Assembly: GCF_036321535.1 (NCBI RefSeq) | Contig: NC_087447.1 | Span: 43,960,001-44,024,000, forward strand | From: Camelus dromedarius | Taxonomy: Eukaryota | Reading direction: 5' to 3' | Length of the DNA: 64,000 bases | The notes under the pieces: generated by a model | Database searches by the model: none | What the model was told of the DNA's origin: nothing | Seen by the model: only the letters and a program-made list of their open reading frames with translations | Program-made: the position numbers and the translations under genes | Shown here: positions 13,200 through 24,599 of the stretch, in pieces | Position numbering within the stretch: the first letter of the stretch is position 1 | How the letters are laid out: each line of letters begins with the position of its first letter

Positions 13200-15550
13200 T
13201 ATGATAATGGAAGAGCAATCAGAAAACAAACCTCTATAAGATCCTCAAATCCTATCTACCTACCTGGGCTCAGATACTCTGCCCCGGTTCATTGACAACA
13301 AAAGAACTGCTGAAAAACCCACCAACTCAGGTACATCACTCAGGCAGTTCAATCCTCTGCATCATTTTAAACTTCTCTCCAGCATACAAACATGCAGTTA
13401 TTTTCTCCTTTCTTTAAAAACCATCTTCTGAATCATTTTCTCCCCCCTTTTCCTTCACAATGAAACTAAAAAAGTAGCATATATTCTCTTTCTTCAACTT
13501 CTCTCCTCTCCTCATCTCTTGAAGAGACTGCAATCAGATTTTCACCAATTCCATTCGCCCACTTCCACTCCAAAATCACCCAGTTCACGGTCACCAGTGC
13601 ACCTTCATGTTGCTAACTACAATGGGCAGTTCTCACTCCTCATCATATTTGACCCATCAGCCTCATTTCACACAAGGGCTCACGTCTTCCTCCCAGGAAT
13701 ATTTTCTGCCACACTCCTGATTTTCCCCCCACTGTACCTGCAAATCCCTTTCAGTCTCCCTTGTTGGTTCCTTCTCAGCTCTCAAACCTCTGATGAGTCG
13801 TTTGACTTCTTATCTTCATTCACCCCTTAGTAAGCTCATCTAGTTTATTGACTTCAAATATCCTCCCGATGCTGATGGCTCCTAAATGTGTTATCTGCAG
13901 GCTAGACTTTGTCTTTGAGCTCTAGGATGCACATCCAAATGCCCACTCAAGGACAGCCCTCCAGCAACCCTCCCCTCATTATCCTACATAATGAATTTTT
14001 GTTCTCTACCAGATCATCGCCATCACCTAAGTGCCGTTATCTCCTACAACTTTAAATAAAAACAACCCCCCTTGATCTACTTCCTTCACTGGTGACTGAC
14101 TACTAACTCATTTCTCTCTGTTCCTGTGTGCAGAAAAACTTGAAAGAGTAGTCTATATTCACTGCCCCTAATTCCTCTCCCATCAATTTCTCTTAAGGTT
14201 GTGCCAGTTAGGCTCTTGTCCTCACCTGTCTACCAAAACATCTAATTAACATCACTTCCAATGATCCAATGTTACCTAACCGCTGTGACCAGTGCTCATT
14301 CTGCCTGATCTGATGGCATCTGATGCAGTTGTTTTTCCCCTCCTTTCTCACACACCTTCTTCATCATCTCCGCTTTCAGGTCAACACTCTTGCTTGGATT
14401 TTCTGGTCCCTCTTCATTAGAGTTCTTTTGTTGGTTCCTCATTTTCTCTCCATCCTCCAAGGGCTGGAGAGTTCCAGAACTCAGTCCTGGCCCTCTTCTC
14501 TCCAACACCATCTGCCTAGAAGATTTCAGCCAGACTTATTTTAAACATCACCTCTAAGCCTACAATGCTCACATCTGAATCTCCAGTCCAGCCATCTTTC
14601 CTGAACTCCAGGCTCACGTGTCTGGCTTCCTAGTCTGTTCCCCACCTGGCTCACTAATAAGCAGTTCCAACTTAACACATCCAAACTAAGCTCCTCATTA
14701 TTCTCCTCAAATTTCTCCTCTCTTCTCTTGCTCAGGCCAAAATCTTGGACTCACTCTTGATTTCTCTCTGCCTTTCACACCCTACATCCATCCATCAGTA
14801 AATCCTGTCAGCTCTACCTTCAAGCTACCCAGAATCTGACCATTTCTCACCACCTCCATGGCCATCACTCTGGTCCAAGCCACCATCACCTCTCACAGCA
14901 GTCACGTCACTGCTCTCCCTTCCACAGTCCACTTTCTAAATGTCAGGCAGAGTGATCCTTTCTATCCCTGTCAGATATTATTACTTCTCTGCTTAAAACT
15001 TTCTAACAGCTTCCCATCTTTCTCTGAGTAAAAGTTACAATGGCTTATAGGGCCTTACAGTCAGCCTGCCATCATCTTTCTGACCTCATCTACTACTTCT
15101 CTCTTCCTTGCCAACTCCACCATGGTCCCACTGCCCCTGGCTGACACTTAAATATACCAAGCATGTGTCTGCCTCAGGACCTTTATACCTGCTGTTCTCC
15201 TTCTGGAATGCTCTTCCCCCTGATACGTGCACATCTTGCTGCCACATCTCTGACCTTCCCTCCTACATCAGTTTCTCAGTGATGCCATTTTAGTTCCCAT
15301 ACCTATTCCTTTCCATGCTTTATTTTTCTCCTTAGCACTTATCACCATCTAACGTACTATGTGATTAGTTTATTTATGTGCCATCACTTTCCTCTTGCCA
15401 ACATGTAAGTTCCATAAGGGCAAGACTTTTATGTTCTGTCTGGTCCCCTCGTGTATGTACAATACTGTATCCAGGTATCCAGGCACCTACGATACCTAGA
15501 ACAGTCTTGCATGTGGGAGAGGGTCAATAAGCGTTGATGAGTGAGTAAAT
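13200..15550 (+). mobile_element. L2 LINE remnants (probably more than one copy)
   Basis: Pyrimidine-rich L2 body motifs (catccatccatcagtaaatcctgtcagctctacctt, gcctcaggacctttatacctgctg) ending in an L2 tail (tcaataagcgttgatgagtgagtaaatg). Confidence 0.75.
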
Positions 15551-17755
15551 GGCATCTCTAATTATAATCTCTCCAGTCAGCCTTCATCCTGCCTTCAGAG
15601 TCATCTAATTAGGAGATAAATCTGCTCACCTCAGTTTTCAGCTTAAAACCCTTCAATGGGTCTGCAGTGCTATATAGCTGGTGCAAACATTTATAGCCAG
15701 GCCTATTCCTTAAATGTGGTAAGTGAAGTTTATGTGTGTGGGGCGGGAGGTGGGGCAAATAGGAAAAGTAGAAACTGTAGCACCTGCCTAAGGGCATTCA
15801 ATTATTTTACAGAACTAAGCCGGCCACTTTGCAGCCCCCGTATACCGAATAAATCACCATCTCCACAGCATGGCTTGGTAGGCACCAGGCAGGCCTGCCA
15901 CATCGACTCCCTCCTGAGCCTTGTAACATCAGAGAAAACAGACTGTGCATCTCCTCAAACCAAGTGGCTGCAACGCAACTGAACACATTGCTTGTTCATT
16001 ATTAAATAAACAGGCAAGGAAGCAAGATGTCATTGTTGGCATAGTCTGAAATTATATCTGGAACCCAGATGTTTGAGCCAGATGACTAAACTTGCTGAAG
16101 GCAGTTTTTACAACTATATGAGGTAATTACACTTGAGTTTCAGGGTGACATGACTGGGGATCTGAAGAGGTAATCTCCCACACAGCGCTTCCAATCTGGC
16201 AGGACCCTACCGCAGTCAGGAAGCATATCACAACTAGCTTGAGCTTTTTCCCATGACGAACGGGGGAGACTCGAGAAGGGCACTCACATAACTTTTCCCA
16301 TCCTTAAATCTCCTGGACTACTTCACTGAGAATGAGTCCTTTGGGCTCATCATAGTAAATTGCACTTCCTTCAAGATTTCTGCTTCAAAATCCTCTAGCC
16401 CAAGTCCTCCATGGGACTTTGATGACGGCATACAAGGACTTCCATGATCTGATGACCAGTGTTTACTAGAACAGACTCACTGCTCAACATTCCCGTGTGT
16501 GCTCCACTTACTGTTACCAAAGATCCATTCTCTCCTGTCTTAGAAAGTTTGTAAATTCCAGAATGTCCTTCCCACCCACACATTCCAGGCAAAGTGCCCC
16601 ACCCAAGAATCAACTTCTCCAGGAATCCTCTATAGATCTACTCAAGTCAGCTAATTACTTCTCTCCTCTTTTTCTGCACTGTATCCAGTACGTAACTCCC
16701 TTCTGGTCTTTATTAACTGCTATTATTGTTTTATCTCAGTTTCGTTGGGGTAGTAACCATAGCCAATGTATCTTCGAATTAGTGATGCCTAACCTAGTAC
16801 CTGGCACTTAAGGGGCACTGAGTGGATGTTTTTTGAATTTAATTATAATTAGAAAAGTGATCAGATCCGTGTGGCCACAGTAAAGGCTACAGAAGTGTTA
16901 GGATGGGAGGGGAGTTGGAAAGAGGGAAAGAAAATGAGATTCAAGTTATATAACAATACTTTTTTTCTATTTCACATAAATAAAGGCAGTACTTAGCAAT
17001 GGAAAGAATGCACTCCTAACATTTTAAAAGGCAGTCTAGCATAATGGATCAATTACAGTCAACCTGAGTCCACTGACTACAGAGTGCTCCTTCTATAAGC
17101 TAATTTGACAGAATATTTATGTTCCAGCTAATGCAAATTGATAAGAAAAACATTAAGATTCTCCAAAACTAAATTGGTACACGGTAGAGAATAAACACAA
17201 AAAAATTCACATAACAGGAAATGTAAATAAGTTTAAAATATTAAAAATAGTTAATCCTACCAATAAAAAAAATACAAGTTGAAACAACAACCAGGTAGTC
17301 ACTTAGAACTTATTAAATTAGCAACCTTTTGTTCATATTTTATCACCTAATGGTAGAGGACTGACTGTTGACATGTAGCAACAACATGGAGGGGCAAACT
17401 GGCAGAGATATGTTGGAAAGCAACTGGAACCCACTGGTAATAATTAATTATGAAGAAATATTCCCAAAGGAGAGTGGGATACTATAGAGTATTATTTATT
17501 TATTTATTTATTATTTACAGTATTATTTATAGTAATAAAAAATCAGAAGCTTGAAATATTCCCAAAGAAAGGTTAAGTAAAAAAGATTTATCTACCCTTT
17601 GGAATATATACAGTCATCACAATAGTTGCACAATAATGATTGCTCATCATGGATAAATTATAACAACAATAGTACTAACGGCTAATATGTATTGAGCATT
17701 TACTAAGTGCCGGCAGTATGGCACTTCCTATACATTGTGAGATAGGTACTTATGC

Positions 17756-17880
17756 AGGGTTCCAAGATTTAGCAAATAAAAACATAAGCCGCCCAGTTCA
17801 ATTTGACTTTCAGATAAACAACAGATATCCTTTGTTTACCTGAAATTCACATTAAACTGGGCATTCTATATTTTATTTGG
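17756..17880. mobile_element. MER53-like hAT MITE, internally deleted, palindromic, inserted in a MIR
   Basis: cagggttccaagatttagcaaataaaaac...cccagttcaatttgactttcagataaacaa followed by its inverted copy. MIR-like sequence lies on both sides. Confidence 0.8.
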
Positions 17881-18034
17881 GTAAAAGCACTCCATTTGAT
17901 TCATGACAAAACTAATACACAGAGATTAAATAACTTACCCAGGGTCATACAGTTAATAAACAGTGATAAAACAAATTTTACAAGGTTTAAGTTTACAAAA
18001 AAGTAGAATAGTAAATTTTGTCTGTGGATGATTA

Positions 18035-18498
18035 CAGGCAGACCTTGTTTTACTGTGCTTCATTTTATTGCACTGTTCTTTTTTTTTTTAGAAATTGGAG
18101 GTTTGTTGCAACCCTTCATTGAGCAAATCTATTGGGCTGTTTTTCCACCACCACCTGCTCACTTCATGTCTCTATGCCATACTTTGCTAACTCTTGCAAT
18201 CTCTCAAACTTTTTTACTATTATTATATTTGTTATAGTGATCTGTGATCTCTAAGGTCACTACTGCAACAAAATTATGACTCACTGAAGGGTCAGATGAT
18301 GGTTAGCAATTTTTTAGCAATAAAGGATTTTTAAATTAAGTTATGTACTATTTTTAGACATCATGCTATTGTACACTTAAGAGACCACAATATAGTGTAA
18401 ACCTATCTTTTATATGCAGTGGGAAACCAAAAAATTCACGTGTCTCACTTTACTGTGGTGGTCTGGAACCCAACCCGCAGCATGTCCAAGGTGTGCTG
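18035..18498 (+). mobile_element. Internally deleted Tigger1 DNA transposon
   Basis: Termini caggcagaccttg ... caaggtgtgctg with TA on both sides (18033-34, 18499-500). Both Tigger1 ends are recognisable and the transposase region is missing. Confidence 0.9.
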
Positions 18499-20061
18499 TA
18501 TAAATAGGTAAAACATGTGCATGCCTGTGGATCATGGTGGAGGGGAAACATGGACAGGTGATACTGCACCACAAAATCCACTTACTGAGCAATTACTTGA
18601 GTACTCACTCTGGGCTCTGTGCTGCAACAGCCTTCTGAGGCCATTTCACAGGTGAATAAAGTGAAGACAAGTATTTTTTAACTCAAGGTCATAAAGCTAG
18701 TAAAGGCAAGATCAGATTCTGACTTGAGTGTTTTCCTTTCAAGTGCAGTTCTAGTAGCACTGGGATAGAAGTTTTTGTGTGAGAAAACTCATGCATGAGG
18801 GCAGAGGATATTGCAAGGAGATTTGCAAAACCTAGTTGTTGGAGTTTGCCTTGGTTTAAAGCCCTACTTAGAGCCAACCCAATGAAATGCTTGAAAGAAG
18901 TCGTGGTGAACATTTATGGCTCCAACTGTAATTTAATTTAGAAAGTAGAAATACATACTTCATTCTTATGCTTTTGAAAGTGAGGCTGCTCTTCCACTGA
19001 CGCTGCTCTCTAAGCTCCCCCCCTTTCACTATACACTTGAGCACATGAACTTGTTAGTTTCCTCCAGTGAGTCACTTAGGAAGAGTTTATGAATTTTTTC
19101 AGCCAACCACAACGGAGAGCACACGTGCCAGTATGCCTTTAGAGGGAAAGCTACGCCTAGGTTCTACACACAATAGAGAATTTTAGGATAATTTCCCTTA
19201 GGTGTCAGCTTAAGTTTTCCTTGAGAGTTTAGCCCACATCAGAAAGTTTGTGCTTTTAACTGTTTATTCGGAGAGAAGCAGCTGGCCACAGGGCTGCCTG
19301 TGATGCCTTCACCACAATTTGCTTTTGTTTTTCCCTCTTGGTAATTACCTCCTGACTAAACCACTCACTGGTCCATGTAGAGGAATCCTACAGAGATGAA
19401 AACACACTTGTTTAAATAAAATATTTATGAAGAAGCCCTAAAATGTCACTGAAGTAAATGCAAATTAGATCTTCACATATCGTGCATCCAATATGCCACT
19501 CATTCCTTTGAAGACTCTCTAGCTCCTGATTGCAATTAACATTAATTTTAAAAAATTAATCCCATTGTGCATAATCACCCAATGTCTATTCATAAAAATC
19601 CAGTGTTTTAAGGTTAATTTTTCTTGACTACCTTTGAAAATTTGAATTAAGACTAATGTTTAATCTCAATGATTATTTTGGAAATTTTTCCTTAGAAACT
19701 ATAACTAATTATTATTTTCCATGTACATCTTTCAATAAGTTATTTCACTCTGAATCAATAGTGAGGGTTCCACATTCTGGCCTTTAATGGAATACTCTGG
19801 ACATGATTTTCTCAATTTGTTATTTTTCCCCCCCAAATTGAGTGGATATATAGTTTCTCATGATAGTTTTAAAGAGTTCTCAAAATAAAAATTAGGGATA
19901 ATATGGTCAAAAGTTAAGAATCAGTTGATCTGGGTGGTAACCATACAAAGTAACAGTAGAGACCCCCTGACTTTTGATACCATCTTTCCTAATTTTGCAA
20001 AAAAGAAATCTGAGCTGAGCTGATAAGAATTAGGTGGGTTCATCCTTTTCTTAATGGCCTC

Positions 20062-20268
20062 AACAGTTGTCTTCCACCTGGGTGCACATTAGAACCAACC
20101 GAGGAATTTATATAAAAATATACTATCAGGCCCCACCCACAGAGATTCTGATTTAACTGGTATAGGGTAGACTCAGTCACTGGCAGCTTCTTGTTTTCTT
20201 TTTTTGTCTGTTTGTTTGTGAGAGCTCCCTAAGTGTTTCTAACGTGCAGCCAAGTCTGAAAACCAATG
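20062..20268. mobile_element. MER5B-like hAT-Charlie element
   Basis: tgcacattagaacca...ccccacccacagagattctgatttaactgg...ttctaacgtgcagccaagtctgaaaacca. Confidence 0.75.
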
Positions 20269-20757
20269 ATCTAGAAAAAGCTTCCCCTGAATAGGGTTAA
20301 TGTCCACCTGGAAAGAAAAGTCATCAGTGATGTGTCATAAAGCTCTACTTCACACCCTGACCAGGTGAACCTTCTCCAGCTCACTAGAAAAATGAAGGAA
20401 AAAATCTCTAGAAACACAAAGCTAGAATGTCAATGGAAAACTCTTATCCTAAATAGAAGAATTTATAACCAAATACTGAGTGGAATCTTTACAACTGCAA
20501 GAGAATTTAACCTACGCTTAGAGATTAAATCCATTACAGAAATAAAGAATAGAGAAAGGATGTCTAAAGATAGAGCTTACGAGAAAAACCTAGGGAATTT
20601 TCATTGATGGTAACTCCTAGATGCTTAGTATATGCGATGTGTTTACTTAGAACCTACTTTGACTTAGACTCAACTCTTTCTGTAAATGGAATCCGTGGCC
20701 TTGGGCTAGTTTAGCTTTCTGCATTTCAATTCATTCATAGATACCAATCTCTTTTAG

Positions 20758-20913
20758 CAATGCTTCTCAAACCTTAATGTGCCTATGAATCACCTAAGGA
20801 TCTTGTAAAACACAGATTCACATCAGTAGGTCTGGGGTGGGGACCGAAAATCTGCATTTCTAAGAAATTCCCAGGTGCTACTGGTGTACAACTGAACATG
20901 TTGAGCAGCAAGG
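20758..20913. mobile_element. MER5A-like hAT-Charlie element
   Basis: caatgcttctcaaacctt...gaatcacct...tcagtaggtctggggtgggg...tctgcatttctaagaaattcccaggtg. Confidence 0.8.
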
Positions 20914-21204
20914 TCTTAGAAGACATTATTAGGATTAAATGAAGTGACCTACATAAGTGCTTGGCACCTGTCAGAAGAAAAGACAAGGAAAACAGTAAAA
21001 CATGCTTAAAACCTAGAAATCACATGATTCAATCCTCTTTCCTTTTCCAGATGTGGAAACAGGATGAGAAAAGTTACAAGCGCTACCCGCTAAGAGTCAA
21101 ACGGAGAAGAGACTAATTCTTTGTTGACTCGTAAGTAAATTCAAGATCAACAGCAGAAGTTAAACAGAGCTTTTCATTCCATGCAGGGACAAACCTTTTA
21201 ATAA

Positions 21205-21322
21205 TATCAGGTAGTTTAGATAGAAATGAGCACTGGGCAGGGGGAGAGGAAGGGGAAAGGAACAATCCAAAACACAAGGAACCTGAGCTGTCAATCAGCC
21301 AGAGCGCAGGGAACCTGAGTCG

Positions 21323-21353
<31 letters not shown>

Positions 21354-21573
21354 CGAAACCAGGATATAAAAACAGGAAAAACAAAGGAATGGCGCCATTT
21401 TTCCTCTCTTGGATTGGCCCGCTCCCAGTTCTCAGGAGTGCACTACGTCTTTTACTTTTTTTATTTCACTAATAAAAAATCTTGCTTACATCAAACTTTC
21501 TGTCTCTCGTCAAAAATCTTTCTTTGGGTGACTAAGAACCAAGGTAATACTTATTTTTCTTTTCCCGGTAACA
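21205..21573 (+). mobile_element. Solo ERV LTR (ERV1-like) with 4-bp target-site duplication
   Basis: Starts tatcaggtagtttagatag (initial TG apparently mutated) and ends ggtaaca, with ataa on both flanks. TATAAAA at 21365 and AATAAA at 21471. Confidence 0.75.
21323..21353. repeat. (TCAA)7 microsatellite inside the LTR
   Basis: Seven perfect TCAA units plus a partial unit. Confidence 0.95.
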
Positions 21574-21769
21574 ATAATAACTGCTGTCCTACAAGCAACT
21601 GGCCCTCTCAAGGAGAGTGAAGTCCCCAGTTACAAAATATGAGCATAGACGAATTGATAATGTTACAGGAGACTTCCATGCTTGAGGTCACTGTTGAACT
21701 AAGAGACATCATGCACCTCACATACACAAAAAAGTTTAATAAAACAAAAGCCTCCTTATTTTCCTCCCC

Positions 21770-22390
21770 ACTCCAACTCTGCTCCTCCTGAAGTCTTGCC
21801 GTATGCAGTAAATGGAGGCACTTAGATCAAAAAGCCTTGGGTCATCTTTAACTCCTCTCACCACTCACTTCCAGTCCATCAACAAATCCTAGTACTGCCT
21901 CTTCAAACTGAGTCCACTGTCCCCTCTGTCTGGATTACTACAATAGCCTGTTAGCAGGTTTCTCTGTCTTTTCCCTTGATCTTCAACAGTATTTTCTTAA
22001 CACAGCAGCCAGAATGTTGCCACTTCTCTATTCAATTCCTTCTCTTCTTTTTTTTTTTTATATGTTTTGTTTGTTTTGTTTTAATGGAGGTACTGGGGAT
22101 TGAACCCAGGACCTCGTGTGTGCTAAGCATGCACTCTACCACTGAGCTATAGCCCCTCCCTCTCAACTCCTCCTCATTCAGAGTAAAAACCAAGATCCTT
22201 AGAACAGTTTAGAAGGCCCACATGATCTTCCCCCTCCAACCCTTACCCATATTTCTTGTCATTCTCTATCTTTTTCACTCTGCACTAGCCACTCTTGAAC
22301 TCAGCTATTTCTTGAGTCACATTAAAGACACTCCTATCTTAGGACCTTTGCACATGCTCTTCCCTGCTGCTGTGAAGGCCATTCTCTAGA
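21770..22390 (+). mobile_element. L2 remnant interrupted by a SINE
   Basis: ccagtccatcaacaaatcct, ctggattactacaatagcct and ggacctttgcacatgct L2 motifs. Confidence 0.7.
22048..22160 (-). mobile_element. Camelid tRNA-derived SINE (Vic-type)
   Basis: Reverse complement reads gggaggggctatagctcagtggtagagtgcatgcttagcacacacgaggtcctgggttcaatccccagtacctcc (Pol III A and B boxes) followed by an A-rich tail. Confidence 0.9.
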
Positions 22391-24599
22391 CTCACAAGTT
22401 TATGCCTGACATTGCCAATATATGAAACAACATAATATCACACAGAAGGATTCTAACTGCTCTCTATGGAAACATGCTTACACTCAGCTTAAAGATCAGC
22501 ACTTTACTTTCCATAGCTGGTACAGATGAAGGACTGGTGAGGCATTCCAGTTCCACTTTATGACTTAGCTTCATTTTAAAAAGATGACACTTTCATCAAA
22601 TTCTCTCTTAATACCAAGTTAGGGAAGACAAGGTGCTGTACTCCTGCATCACAGTACTGCAGCTACCTGTGCATGTGCAAAGAACCACCTTTCTGATGGT
22701 CTACTCATCGTGACCCAGGCTTACCCCACCTCTGAAAAAATGAACAAACATCCCAGATGCAGCGTCACTCTGCTGTCCACAGGGAATTATGTCTGTTTTC
22801 TCCTTTTAAAACTAAAGTCCCTCAGCTGAGCTTGAGAAAATGGAGCTACCACTCGGTAGTCAATGGACAGAGAAAGCTGAAACATGGCATTCAGGTGGGT
22901 GGGTTCCTTTACAGAATAGGAAGTCACCCATTTACAGAGATTTGCATCCCAGGGCTGCTGCTGTGTGTGGTTGTTCTGGTTCGCACTACACAGCAGTAGG
23001 GGTACCATTCATGGTGCTACTCCAGCCACTCAGCTCCTAGGGCTCTGAAATTAAAGGCACTCTTGGTTTGGACAAGCAAACAGCTTCAGAGGGATGGAGA
23101 TAAATGCATCTGATGTAAGGATTAATGTGGGCAAGGAGAGGAAGGAGGGAAGTGAAGAGATTTCTCCTGAACAGAAGAGACAGGGCACTCTGGACATGGG
23201 CTTCAGCCTCAGTTGCTCTCACCTGGCACTCACAGTCCCCCGCCCCTCTCTTGCCTCATGAACAGGCTACTTCCTGACCCAGACCAAAGATCTAGAGGGT
23301 CCTGGGGGCTACCTCAAAATCACTGTGCCCCAGTTAAGAAAGCAGAGCAGTGCTTTCAGGAGCTCAGAGACTAGCACAGCATATTCTTTATCTGTGGCTA
23401 CTTCTCGACCAAGGAATCAGAGGTGTCTTTTGTGAGGAGTCTTCTCTGTGATTCTTCCTCAAGGGCTTCCCAGTGAAGGGGCTGAGGAAAACCTAAAAAC
23501 ATGGAATCTAGCTCATGGATTAAAAGCAGAGGCATAAAATCAGCCATAAAGATATGGAGTGTTAAACGTGCAACTCAGTGCGAGGTCTTATCCATCTTCC
23601 CTTAGAAAGCCAAAGATGACTACTTATTCAGGATAAAAGTGACAATTCCTGGCACTGTCACAGGCAATGAAGTGGCACGTTTGAACAGGAATGCTTGCTT
23701 TGGGTGAAGCAAGCTAAATAATTTTCTTGTTCCTGCTTACTTAAGGACAGAACTTTCCCCACTGAGGACATCATCCTGCGCCCCCAGTTCATGAAATGAA
23801 GTGTTCTCATTCATGTCTGCAGTCCGTGCAGCACATCATGTCCAGCAAGGAGCCCTAAGAAGGCTGGGCATTAAACCTCTGGGGAAATCATTTGAAATCA
23901 ACAGTATTTTTTGACTTAATTCTCTACTTTAAAGTAACACATTAGTGATCATTCCATAAACTTAATTAATGTAACCACAGGCAATGGGAAACAATAATCT
24001 TTTTTCAATTAAAAAAAAGGCTTTGAGTAGGGAAAATCTGATTTAAACTTTTAATAGATGACTTCTCTTCACCTCACAAACCTCTTTTAAATATACCATC
24101 AAGGAAATGCTATGGAAGTCAGGCTTAGTGCATACCTCTTCATGAACCAAATAATTCTCTATTTATCCTTTGGGTAAATAGATTTTTATGTAATGGACTG
24201 GCTTAAAATTAGGTAAATTCGTACTGGATAATCTGCACAGCAATAGCTCATTTCCAATATTTATACACAGGAATATTAGAGGAAAGGCCATTTTCTTACC
24301 CCATCTTTAACAATCCAAACCCAATACGTCTTTTTTTTTTTTAAGTACTTAGATTGAGAGGCTATTCAAGAAAATGATTCCTCAAGGTGAGAAGAATCTC
24401 AAGTAAACATCTGGAAGGAAGGTGTCTTCCAGTAACCCGCAGCAGAAGAGAAGACATGGGAGATGCAGGACCCCTGAGAAGAGCAAATGGCTCCACTGAA
24501 ACTCCCTTCTTCAACCTTAATTGGTCAATGGCCAAAATAAATGAACTTTCCAAAGTTAGGAGCTTCGAAACTTTCACTCGGAATAACTGCAAGTGCACA

